This document shows positions 1 through 8,115 of a stretch of DNA of 64,000 nt, piece after piece. The notes under the pieces were generated by a model. The model was not told the origin of the DNA. It searched no databases and saw only the letters and a list, made by a program, of their open reading frames with translations. Numbering within the stretch: the first letter of the stretch is position 1; each line of letters begins with the position of its first letter. Made by a program: the position numbers and the translations under genes. The stretch is taken from the IMG/VR virus record IMGVR_UViG_3300030390_001550, positions 1 through 64,000 of that record; one strand, written 5' to 3'. This stretch comes from a virus.

Positions 1-1
1 A

Positions 2-112
2 AAAGTTTGGCCCATCCACCATGTTGCTTATTATGAAGGATATGATATTGGGTATGGCTTGCGGGAAGAAGATTGGATGGCTATGGCAAAGAAGCCCGAT
101 AATCTCAAATAA
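2..112 (+). CDS. 3' end of early hypothetical protein (partial at window edge)
   Basis: Open frame KVWPIHHVAYYEG...DNLK* ending just before the promoter repeat. Confidence 0.55.
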   Translation, partial: KVWPIHHVAYYEGYDIGYGLREEDWMAMAKKPDNLK

Positions 113-445
113 CTATTGACAATCTTTAACGAATCATGTATTCATATAATGTACCCAACAGAAAGAGAGCCGAATATGTCTATGATCGTTGAAACCACCA
201 TGACCGAAAACAACAAAATGATGTATGCTCTTGAAGCGCGTGGTACAAAGTATCAGGTCGTATATGAGCGCGATGATATGTATGCTGTTTGGTCTAAGCG
301 GAATAGCCTGACCACTACACAACTTGTTCTAATGACACTGAATGAAATGAAGGCTCGGTCAAAAGCCCTCAATCATCTCGCAACTCTAATTGAGATGTAA
401 ATAACTATTGACAATCTTTAACGAATCATGTATTCATATAATGTA
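107..445 (+). repeat. Perfect 47-bp direct repeat (107-153 and 399-445) containing TTGACA, GAATC and TATAAT; duplicated early promoter
   Basis: aaataactattgacaatctttaacgaatcatgtattcatataatgta occurs twice, each upstream of an ORF. Confidence 0.85.
176..400 (+). CDS. Early hypothetical protein
   Basis: ATG 176 after purine-rich RBS; the track start at 116 is the promoter TTG. Confidence 0.7.
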   Translation: MSMIVETTMTENNKMMYALEARGTKYQVVYERDDMYAVWSKRNSLTTTQLVLMTLNEMKARSKALNHLATLIEM

Positions 446-463
446 ATCAAAGGAGAGTGATCA

Positions 464-667
464 ATGTTTGATGTTGGAATGGGTGTTGTACGGCCTTACG
501 CTTCTGGTCGGATTGGTATTGGTGAGATTTCATCAATCCAACATGATGCTGATGGCGAAAATCTGATCACTGTCATGTATAACGATGGTAAGGTAAAAGT
601 TTATACCGAGAACGCAATAATGAAAAATCTTGGTCGGCGCATAATTGTTACTGAAACTCCGATATAA
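464..667 (+). CDS. Early hypothetical protein (SH3-like small beta protein)
   Basis: AAGGAG RBS; follows promoter repeat. Confidence 0.7.
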   Translation: MFDVGMGVVRPYASGRIGIGEISSIQHDADGENLITVMYNDGKVKVYTENAIMKNLGRRIIVTETPI

Positions 668-678
668 AGGAAAAGACT

Positions 679-867
679 ATGACTGAATGGACAAACTCCG
701 CAAAGATTTCTGCCTTGAAAGAGTGCATTGCTGATAGTGAAGAAGAAATTCAATACCTCACAAACAGCATCACGCAAGGTGGTGGTTATCTGTTAGAGTC
801 TTGCTTACGTGATGCTCAAATGGTTTTACGTGATGCAACCCGCCAATTAGAGGCATTGTTAGATTAG
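679..867 (+). CDS. Early hypothetical protein
   Basis: AAGGA RBS, co-directional packing. Confidence 0.65.
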   Translation: MTEWTNSAKISALKECIADSEEEIQYLTNSITQGGGYLLESCLRDAQMVLRDATRQLEALLD

Positions 868-874
868 GAGATAA

Positions 875-1093
875 GTGATGAATAACGTAACAATTTTAAC
901 AGATGTAGAATTGGTTGAGTATTATGAAAATGCTGCCGCTACTGATTGTGGTTCTATTGGTCATACTAAAGGATCAATGAACGAAACTGCTGCTAAAGGA
1001 TACGCTGCTGAATTAGCAAAAAGAGAATTGCCAATTCCAGATTATTATGCTGCCGCAGAAAAAGGTGTATATAACGGTGAGGGTTCAGTCTAA
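875..1093 (+). CDS. Early hypothetical protein
   Basis: AGGAG RBS. Confidence 0.65.
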   Translation: MMNNVTILTDVELVEYYENAAATDCGSIGHTKGSMNETAAKGYAAELAKRELPIPDYYAAAEKGVYNGEGSV

Positions 1094-1287
1094 TGAATAA
1101 TAAATATTGGTTGACCAAGGATATTTCCATCTCAACAGATAGTGTGGGGTGTAGGACCGCCACACATCGTTATCAGGGATTGCTGATAGATAGTAGCCCA
1201 TGGGAAAATAGTCGCGCAGAATGCAGACAAGAGGCTGTTAAAATCTTGCGAGAAATGAAACAAGAAAAACAACTTGACACTATGTAA
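1093..1287 (+). CDS. Early hypothetical protein
   Basis: TAATG stop/start coupling. Confidence 0.6.
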   Translation: MNNKYWLTKDISISTDSVGCRTATHRYQGLLIDSSPWENSRAECRQEAVKILREMKQEKQLDTM

Positions 1288-1330
1288 TTCAAATGTTATG
1301 AATATGTGAACAAGAGAAAGAGAGAATCAC

Positions 1331-1615
1331 ATGAACATCGCAGAAACAATTCGTGACCAAATCAAAGCATTAGACTTCTGGGCATTTGGTGCTTGGGGCG
1401 CAAAAGATTTTGTCAAGACCAGCACTGAGGGTCTACGGTTTAAAACTTCTGGTATGGTTAAGTGGAAAGGTTATGTTTCAATTGAATTGAACGGTCAAGA
1501 CCTCTATGATGTTAAGTTCCAGCGAGTTCGGAAAATGAACGTGGTCACTGACAAAGAACTTGATAATATTTTTGCTGATCAGTTGGTTGAAATCATTAAT
1601 GCACAGGTTGGATAA
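1331..1615 (+). CDS. Early hypothetical protein
   Basis: Preceded by TTGACA (1274) promoter and GAGAATCAC leader. Confidence 0.75.
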   Translation: MNIAETIRDQIKALDFWAFGAWGAKDFVKTSTEGLRFKTSGMVKWKGYVSIELNGQDLYDVKFQRVRKMNVVTDKELDNIFADQLVEIINAQVG

Positions 1616-1618
1616 TAC

Positions 1619-1688
1619 TTGACAAACCTCTACTTTTATATTAGTTTATAAGAGTAGAGAGAATCACTTAGTCTTGAAAGGACGCAAA
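1619..1688 (+). promoter_or_regulatory. Early promoter-leader cassette (PeSL-like)
   Basis: TTGACA-17-TAGTTT-ATAAGAGTAGAGAGAATCAC-TTAGTCTTGAAAGGAC; same element at eight other sites. Confidence 0.85.
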
Positions 1689-1955
1689 ATGACTGTTACT
1701 GAAATCAAGCAAGCAATGATGAAAATGGACCAAACTGAACTGAGCCAGATCATGCATTATGCAAATCAGATCAAAACGATTGCCGCTCAAGCCACATATA
1801 CAGTAGGCCAAAAAGTGATGGTTGTTCAAAAGACCAAACAGACCCCCGGCACTATTGTCAAGATCAACAGCAAAAAGGCTGTAGTCAGCATGAACTATGG
1901 TCGGCATGGTGTGACTGATGTTCAAGTTCCTTTCTCAATGCTGCAAGTCGCATGA
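1689..1955 (+). CDS. Early hypothetical protein (SH3/KOW-like C-terminus)
   Basis: ATG 1689 after GAAAGGA. Confidence 0.75.
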   Translation: MTVTEIKQAMMKMDQTELSQIMHYANQIKTIAAQATYTVGQKVMVVQKTKQTPGTIVKINSKKAVVSMNYGRHGVTDVQVPFSMLQVA

Positions 1956-2323
1956 TTGTGAAATCGCTTCTAAAGGTCATTGCGGCTTCCGCTGTGGCCT
2001 CTATCCTGCTCACTGATCAATCTCATGCTCAAGAGTGTACCTTAGTAAAGGTTCCAGTATACCAAATGCAAAATGAGTGGGCTGGAATGGCCCTTGGGGG
2101 ATTGATTGGTAGTCAAGTTGGTAATGGTAGTGGGAGTTACATAGCAGGTGCTATAGGTGCGCTTCTAGGGCGTCATACAGCGTTGAATACACCTACTGCT
2201 AGGATTATCGGTTATAGGACAGTAAAAGTCTGTAATAATCCTCATAACTTTTCAAGATCAAATAATAATTTAAATTCAAATCTCACCACTTGTAATGTTG
2301 GTGGTAGATTAGTTAGGTGTTAA
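1952..2323 (+). CDS. Glycine-zipper 2TM secreted/membrane protein
   Basis: Signal peptide plus GMALGGLIGSQVGNGSG...AGAIGALLG motif. Confidence 0.75.
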   Translation: MIVKSLLKVIAASAVASILLTDQSHAQECTLVKVPVYQMQNEWAGMALGGLIGSQVGNGSGSYIAGAIGALLGRHTALNTPTARIIGYRTVKVCNNPHNFSRSNNNLNSNLTTCNVGGRLVRC

Positions 2324-2465
2324 AATATAACTAACACCATTGTATCAGAACTATACAATATCAAGCGTAACTAACATCCGAGTATTAGTTCTTCGCGAGG
2401 CGGTCATTATAAAAGTGTTGACAATAATTTCCTCGTATGCTAGAAATCAGATAAAGGAGAGAATC

Positions 2466-2636
2466 ATGAACTTTATGGATAAAACAATGATTGAAACATT
2501 ACAAGGTTATATTGCAGCGTGTGAAAGAAACTTAAAAGAAATTCTCGCACAAAATCCCGTAGATCAAAGGGCTGTTGATGCTACTCAAGGCATGATAGAT
2601 AATCTTAACATGCAAATTGGAGAACTTTTAATATGA
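2466..2636 (+). CDS. Early hypothetical protein
   Basis: TTGACA at 2418, AAGGAGAGAATCATG leader. Confidence 0.65.
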   Translation: MNFMDKTMIETLQGYIAACERNLKEILAQNPVDQRAVDATQGMIDNLNMQIGELLI

Positions 2637-2809
2637 ATGGTTTATGGGTTATGTTCGCGGTAGTATTTGGGGGAATGGGGTTAGTACTCATGTATCTAGG
2701 TTCACTCTCAGGCTACCTAATGTGTATGGGTGTACTAGGTTGGTTGTTTGTAGCAAATAACACTGGTCAACTATTTACTGAAGATGAAGATGAAGATGAA
2801 AATTACTAG
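2633..2809 (+). CDS. Small membrane protein (58 aa, not in ORF track)
   Basis: MNGLWVMFAVVFGGMGLVLMYLG...EDEDEDENY; ATGA overlap with the previous stop. Confidence 0.6.
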   Translation: MNGLWVMFAVVFGGMGLVLMYLGSLSGYLMCMGVLGWLFVANNTGQLFTEDEDEDENY

Positions 2810-2818
2810 GAGAATAAG

Positions 2819-3055
2819 ATGACTTTTGAATATAAGAAAGATGAACTAGCAAAACTTGTGGATGGTATAAAAAATTACGCGACATGGCACTATGAGGAAG
2901 ATGGTTGGGATATTGTAGTAGAGTGCTATGATGACGATGATATTGCGTCTATAATTCATGGAGCGGTAAGTAGAAAAGGCGCAGTTCGCAAAATGAAAGA
3001 GTATCTTAGTCCACTGGCAGATATTAAGAATGAAATAATGAGTGAGGCTTGGTAA
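2819..3055 (+). CDS. Early hypothetical protein
   Basis: AGGAG RBS; HYEEDGWDIVVEC motif typical of phage early proteins. Confidence 0.7.
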   Translation: MTFEYKKDELAKLVDGIKNYATWHYEEDGWDIVVECYDDDDIASIIHGAVSRKGAVRKMKEYLSPLADIKNEIMSEAW

Positions 3056-3189
3056 TGGATTTAATGGTAACACTTACTAACTTGGGTGATATACTCTTTG
3101 GAATGGCTCTTATAATTGGTGGGCCGATAGTAATGGTATGGTTGGCATATAAAAATGGGCATATTGATACAACACGAAGAAAAGATTGA
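3055..3189 (+). CDS. Small membrane protein (44 aa)
   Basis: TAATG coupling; one hydrophobic helix. Confidence 0.55.
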   Translation: MDLMVTLTNLGDILFGMALIIGGPIVMVWLAYKNGHIDTTRRKD

Positions 3190-3247
3190 CAGTAGTAATG
3201 ATATATGCTATAGTTTGCGCTATGAGTATATTTAATGGAGAAATGAA

Positions 3248-3508
3248 ATGAAACGTATTAGTACAACTATTGATAATGCATTATCTGCAATGTTTGGTTT
3301 AACTCTTATTGGTGTAACGATAGTAATGTGGATTATGACCTTTATTTTCCTCTTTGATACTGTTACAACAGATGGTGTTCCTTGGACGGCTTTAAAGCAA
3401 ATGGCATATGGTTCTGTTGGTGCATGGTTAAGTACAATGTTTACCTTTATGTCTACTCGTATCGTGATAGATATTATTGAGGATTTGTTTGTAAGGGATG
3501 AAGTGTAA
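3248..3508 (+). CDS. Two-TM membrane protein
   Basis: TTGACA-17-TATAGT at 3186; GGAG RBS; hydrophobic segments. Confidence 0.7.
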   Translation: MKRISTTIDNALSAMFGLTLIGVTIVMWIMTFIFLFDTVTTDGVPWTALKQMAYGSVGAWLSTMFTFMSTRIVIDIIEDLFVRDEV

Positions 3509-3732
3509 TGAATATCTTTGTGAAGGCATATATTTACTTATTGTTTATATTTTCTTCTATGGGTATGATAAGCGGTTGGGTTTTTACTGGTCATCTCTTT
3601 ATTGAGATGATTAGTAATCCAAACTTTGGTCACTTCTTTTTTATGAGTGTGCTTTTAATACTGTCCTTTTTAATGACTTGTATTACACTCATGATTGGTA
3701 ATGAAACCTTTAAAACTATAAGGGGAGAATAA
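3508..3732 (+). CDS. Two-TM membrane protein
   Basis: TAATG coupling; hydrophobic. Confidence 0.65.
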   Translation: MNIFVKAYIYLLFIFSSMGMISGWVFTGHLFIEMISNPNFGHFFFMSVLLILSFLMTCITLMIGNETFKTIRGE

Positions 3733-3920
3733 GATGACTTCAGAAATCTTTGTGAATATCGGCTGCATTTACATAATAGTGCATTGTGTGTTTATTCTAG
3801 TAAATAATGGTGATTTTGGGACTCATGACAATGACGAATGAAATTATTATTCTTATGGTTGCAGTCCCTATAGTATTTGCTATTGTGGCAATGTGTATAG
3901 ATGTAGGAAAAAAGTAATTC

Positions 3921-4691
3921 ATGACACAAATTAAAAAATGTAAGGGTTGTAAAGAAAGTCTACCTATAGATAATTTTGCTAAATGTGATAGACACGGCAA
4001 TAGAAGGGGTTCGTGTAAACCTTGTCATATTGAGCAGAGACATAGAGAAAAAGGAACTTGGGAAGAATATCAAAAAGAACAATCATATAGACAGGAACTT
4101 CATATACTACAGAAAAATGGTCAAAGAAGATGTAGGATGTGTAATACCATAAAAGTTCTTGATGAATTTCCTAATGACTCTTCACCAAGAGTTTTTTATA
4201 ATAAAAAAACACATTGCAAAAAATGTGCTTATATAACATGGAGAGTACCACGACAAAAAACAGAACACTTTAAAAAATTAAAAGCGATATCGGATAAAAA
4301 ATATAATACAAATAATAGAGAAAAGCTAAACGCCCATGCAAATAAAAAATATCGTACAAATATTCAACATAAACTTAAAGTTACATTAAGGAATAGAATA
4401 GGAAAAGCACTAAAACGTAAAAACAGCACTAAAGCATTTAAAACAGTAGAATTACTTGGTTGTTCTTTAGATGATTTTAAAACATATCTAGAAAACAAAT
4501 TTCAAGATGGAATGTCTTGGGATAATCATACAACTTTTGGGTGGCACATTGATCATATAATTCCGCTAGATGCATTTGATTTAACAAAGGCTGAAGAACA
4601 ATTAAAAGCGTGTCATTATACTAATTTACAACCACTTTGGTGGAAAGAAAATTTACAAAAAAATAATAGAATATTGGTGGAAAGAAAATGA
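3921..4691 (+). CDS. HNH homing endonuclease-like protein with N-terminal CxxC repeats
   Basis: WHIDHIIP...CHYTNLQPLW..EN HNH core; paired CxxC motifs. Confidence 0.85.
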   Translation: MTQIKKCKGCKESLPIDNFAKCDRHGNRRGSCKPCHIEQRHREKGTWEEYQKEQSYRQELHILQKNGQRRCRMCNTIKVLDEFPNDSSPRVFYNKKTHCKKCAYITWRVPRQKTEHFKKLKAISDKKYNTNNREKLNAHANKKYRTNIQHKLKVTLRNRIGKALKRKNSTKAFKTVELLGCSLDDFKTYLENKFQDGMSWDNHTTFGWHIDHIIPLDAFDLTKAEEQLKACHYTNLQPLWWKENLQKNNRILVERK

Positions 4692-4692
4692 A

Positions 4693-5196
4693 TTATTTTC
4701 TTGTTAGAATAAAAGTATCCATCTTTGGTTGAGATTCAATTTCTAATGAAAATCCTAATGTATTTGCAAACCTTTTAACTAATCGTTTGTATAGTGACGT
4801 TCTACTTGTACTTGATCCATCTCTACCCTTATCTGCCGAAAATTCAACAATACTAATATCTTTACGTTTTTTGATAAATTCTTTCATATGGTTAATTACA
4901 GCCCCAAGTATTTTCATCTGAGAGCCTTCGCCAGTTACTGCGATAGTCGTTCCAGTACCTACTCCAGGTTTGGCTGATCCAGTACGAAATACAACACCGC
5001 AACTGAAACTATCGTCTTTACCCCATTGGCCTGTGTGCCATGCTGCTTTATCTAACGTATAGATAAGTATTATATTTCTATCATCAATTCTAGTTTCATA
5101 GAGATAATATTCTGCATCATCCTCTACTTGTTTTTCAATAGTTTTCCATTTGACTTTGGTATTAAATGCTTCACTGAACTGCTGAAATGTTTTCAT
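4693..5196 (-). CDS. Putative capsid-packaged internal protein
   Basis: N-terminus MKTFQQFSE resembles the T4 IP capsid-targeting sequence; late promoter upstream. Confidence 0.7.
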   Translation of the reverse strand: MKTFQQFSEAFNTKVKWKTIEKQVEDDAEYYLYETRIDDRNIILIYTLDKAAWHTGQWGKDDSFSCGVVFRTGSAKPGVGTGTTIAVTGEGSQMKILGAVINHMKEFIKKRKDISIVEFSADKGRDGSSTSRTSLYKRLVKRFANTLGFSLEIESQPKMDTFILTRK

Positions 5197-5229
5197 TTGT
5201 AATATCCGTTTTTATAACATGGTTTACTG

Positions 5230-5237
5230 TATTTATA
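5230..5237 (-). promoter_or_regulatory. T4-type late promoter TATAAATA
   Basis: tatttata on + strand, 34 nt upstream of the 5196 start. Confidence 0.7.
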
Positions 5238-5399
5238 TACTTGACAAGGTATAACCTATATGATATATATTCTTTGAAAGGAGAATCGTATGAAATCGTC
5301 AACTTTAATATTTCTATTAACTTCGGTAAGTTTCTTTTTACTTGAATTAACAATCCCAGCATTAGCAATGTTTGTAATGGTTTTGATTGGAGATTAGAT

Positions 5400-5936
5400 A
5401 TGACTATGAATTATAATGATGCTGTTAAATTTGCGACGATGGCCCATGCTGGTCAAAAGCGGAAATTTACTGGTGAGGATTATGTGACACATCCTATCGC
5501 TGTTGCGAGTATGGTTATAGATCATCTTGCCAATGTTGGGTTTGATAAAGCCACTATTGAACTTGCTGGTACTATCGCGGTTCTTCATGACACTGTAGAA
5601 GATACAGATGTTGAAATGGAAGATATTCAAAAACTGTTTGGTGATACGGTAGCAAAAGGTGTTTGGTTTCTTACAAAGGTTCCTAGTTATGTCGGTAATC
5701 GGGCAGAGCGGAAAGCACTATGTGATGCGCGGTTAGCGAATGCTCCTTTGATCGTGAAAGAAATTAAGCGGTATGATATGCTTCACAATCAAGGAAGTTT
5801 GAAAGAGCATGATCCTAACTTCTATGAGGTTTGGTTTGCCGAGACTTTAACCACTTTGGCTCAAATGGGTTTCAGTACACTTTGGACTCCTTTGACCTTT
5901 GATGCCAAGAATTTACATGGAGAAAAGAAACTGTGA
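5400..5936 (+). CDS. HD-domain (p)ppGpp hydrolase-like protein (SAH/Mesh1 type)
   Basis: H.GQ.RK..G..Y..HP..VA and AVLHDTVEDT motifs of SpoT-type HD domains; no synthetase domain. Confidence 0.85.
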   Translation: MTMNYNDAVKFATMAHAGQKRKFTGEDYVTHPIAVASMVIDHLANVGFDKATIELAGTIAVLHDTVEDTDVEMEDIQKLFGDTVAKGVWFLTKVPSYVGNRAERKALCDARLANAPLIVKEIKRYDMLHNQGSLKEHDPNFYEVWFAETLTTLAQMGFSTLWTPLTFDAKNLHGEKKL

Positions 5937-6121
5937 ATTATAGTTTTACAATTCAACCAAATTCTACATTTAACTATGATATGTTGACTTGGTTTGCCCT
6001 CTCGCGTGATATGAGTTGCAAAATAAATTCGGATAATACAGTGACATTTGAATCTTATCTTTTTTATGATCTTGATGAAATTCACAATGAACTTGTTGAG
6101 GAAGTCTTTGCCAATCAATAA
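5933..6121 (+). CDS. Hypothetical protein, paralog copy 1
   Basis: FTIQPNSTFNYDML shared with 6203-6403. Confidence 0.7.
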   Translation: MNYSFTIQPNSTFNYDMLTWFALSRDMSCKINSDNTVTFESYLFYDLDEIHNELVEEVFANQ

Positions 6122-6131
6122 GATTTAATTG

Positions 6132-6202
6132 TTGACACGCCAAGTTTGGTATGCTAATTTATAAGAGTAAAGAGAATTACCTAGTCTTGAAAGGACTCCC
6201 AA
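6132..6202 (+). promoter_or_regulatory. Early promoter-leader cassette (PeSL-like)
   Basis: TTGACA-17-TAATTT-ATAAGAGTAAAGAGAATTAC-CTAGTCTTGAAAGGACT. Confidence 0.85.
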
Positions 6203-6403
6203 ATGACTTACGGTTTTACAATTCAACCGAATTCTACATTTAACTATGATATGTTGGATGAGTTTTCACACGGCTATGATGTGACTTACACAATAAATTC
6301 AGATGATACAGTGACATTTAAATCTTATGTTTTTGATGATCTTGATGAAGTTCACGATCAACTTGAAGATTTAATTGTTGACACTCCAAGTTTGGTATGC
6401 TAA
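6203..6403 (+). CDS. Hypothetical protein, paralog copy 2
   Basis: Tandem duplicate of 5933-6121. Confidence 0.7.
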   Translation: MTYGFTIQPNSTFNYDMLDEFSHGYDVTYTINSDDTVTFKSYVFDDLDEVHDQLEDLIVDTPSLVC

Positions 6404-6449
6404 TTTATAAGAGTAAAGAGAATCATCCTAGTCTTGAAAGGACTCCCAA
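6378..6449 (+). promoter_or_regulatory. Early promoter-leader cassette (PeSL-like)
   Basis: Near-identical to 6132-6202. Confidence 0.85.
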
Positions 6450-6797
6450 ATGGCTTATATGTCTCAAGAGAAGAAAAAATCTCTCGCTCCCGCGATTAAA
6501 GCAGTACTGAAAGAGTACGGCATTAAAGGTTCTATTGGTGTGAATAATCATTCCACACTCGTAGTTAACTTGTCTCAAGGGCCAATTGATTTTGGTTCTA
6601 CATATGACAATGTAAACCAGCACTGGATTGCAAGTCATTATAGTGGCGTTGCTGAAAAGTTCTTGACCAAACTCGCGGATGTTATGATGAATGGCAACTT
6701 TGATCATTCTGATATTCAATCAGATTACTTCCATGTTGGTTGGTATATTGATATCAATATCGGAAAGTGGAATAAACCCTATCAAGTAACATCTTGA
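6450..6797 (+). CDS. Conserved phage early hypothetical protein
   Basis: MAYMSQEKKK...D.QSDYFHVGWY family seen in large phages. Confidence 0.8.
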   Translation: MAYMSQEKKKSLAPAIKAVLKEYGIKGSIGVNNHSTLVVNLSQGPIDFGSTYDNVNQHWIASHYSGVAEKFLTKLADVMMNGNFDHSDIQSDYFHVGWYIDINIGKWNKPYQVTS

Positions 6798-6817
6798 TTT
6801 GCAAATACATCCTTGCA

Positions 6818-6845
6818 AGTAGCCTTCATTTATGGGGGCTATTTT
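6818..6845 (+). terminator. Rho-independent terminator ending the early block
   Basis: TAGCCTTCA/TGGGGGCTA stem followed by TTTT. Confidence 0.6.
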
Positions 6846-6847
6846 CA

Positions 6848-6855
6848 TATAAATA
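6848..6855 (+). promoter_or_regulatory. T4-type late promoter TATAAATA
   Basis: Exact consensus upstream of 6889; further exact copies at 12607, 22932, 26676, 45899, 49886, 57423. Confidence 0.75.
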
Positions 6856-6888
6856 GTATTCACCATATACACAAATGAAGGACTTCTT

Positions 6889-8115
6889 ATGAAAAGTATT
6901 AGTTCTACGATTGAACAAAAGAATATGCACATGAGGCATGTTGAAGATAAAGTATTATATGGTGGTGTAAATGGTACAAGACAAGCAATTTTTGCTCTAC
7001 GTGATATGCGAGATTTGCTGAGTGGAGTTAAGGAAGGAAATGTAAGTGTTAAATGGGATGGCTCTCCTGCTATATTTGCTGGTATTGATCCGCGTGATAA
7101 CCGCTTTTTTGTTGCCAAAAAAAGCATATTCAATAAAGAACCTAAAGTCTATAAATCTGCAACTGATATTGATGATGACACTTCTGGTGATCTTAATGTT
7201 AAGTTACAAGACGCACTCAAGTACTTGCCAGAGTTGGGCATCAAAGGCGTGGTCCAAGGAGACTTCTTATATTCCAGAAACGATTTGTCAACAAAAACAA
7301 TTCATGGAAAAAAATACATTACCTTCCATCCCAATACCATACTATACGCGATAGACGCTGATTCAGATACTGCCAAGAATGTACTGAATAGTAAAATCGG
7401 GATTGTATGGCATACTTCTTATGTTGGTGATGCGTTTGAAAATATGAACGCAGTTTATGATGTTGATGTAAGTGGATTTAAAACATCAAAGAATGTGTGG
7501 AGCCAAGACGCCCTATTGAGAGGTGTTACTCATGTCACAATGAGTGAAAAAGATACAAATGATGTGAATCATAATTTATCTGAGATAGGTAGATTATTTA
7601 ATTCTATTTCATCGTCCACTCTTAAATATCTTGAAGGTAATAAGAGCCTTGCTCAATCTATAGAAACCTTTAATAACACCTATGTTCGCAAGGGTGAAAC
7701 TGTGGATGATACACTCCAGCATGTTGATAATCTTATTGATTGGCACAAGATGCGGTTCCAGAAAGAGATTGATAAGAGAAAATCTGATAGAGGTAGGACT
7801 GCCCAAGCCGAAAAAAGAGATGAATTATTGAAGTTTTTCTCATCAAAAAACAAATCTAACCTTAAAAAAATGTTTGATTTGCAAAAATTGATAGTAGTTG
7901 TAAAATTAAAACTTATAAATAACCTTAATACTATGAAGAAAATAGATACCTTTATTCAAACCAAAGATGGATTTAAGGTAACTGGTGAAGAAGGTTATGT
8001 GGCAATTGATAAACTTGGTGGTGAAGCGGTGAAACTTGTTGATCGTATGGAATTTTCATACAACAACTTTTCATCAGACGTTGTAAAAGGATGGGACAAA
8101 ACAGGTAGGAAGTAA
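6889..8115 (+). CDS. Conserved T4-like phage protein (DUF6267-like) with ATP-dependent ligase-type nucleotidyltransferase motifs
   Basis: VKWDGSP (motif I KxDG), VQGDFL, EEGYVA (IV), AVKLV (V). Confidence 0.7.
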   Translation: MKSISSTIEQKNMHMRHVEDKVLYGGVNGTRQAIFALRDMRDLLSGVKEGNVSVKWDGSPAIFAGIDPRDNRFFVAKKSIFNKEPKVYKSATDIDDDTSGDLNVKLQDALKYLPELGIKGVVQGDFLYSRNDLSTKTIHGKKYITFHPNTILYAIDADSDTAKNVLNSKIGIVWHTSYVGDAFENMNAVYDVDVSGFKTSKNVWSQDALLRGVTHVTMSEKDTNDVNHNLSEIGRLFNSISSSTLKYLEGNKSLAQSIETFNNTYVRKGETVDDTLQHVDNLIDWHKMRFQKEIDKRKSDRGRTAQAEKRDELLKFFSSKNKSNLKKMFDLQKLIVVVKLKLINNLNTMKKIDTFIQTKDGFKVTGEEGYVAIDKLGGEAVKLVDRMEFSYNNFSSDVVKGWDKTGRK

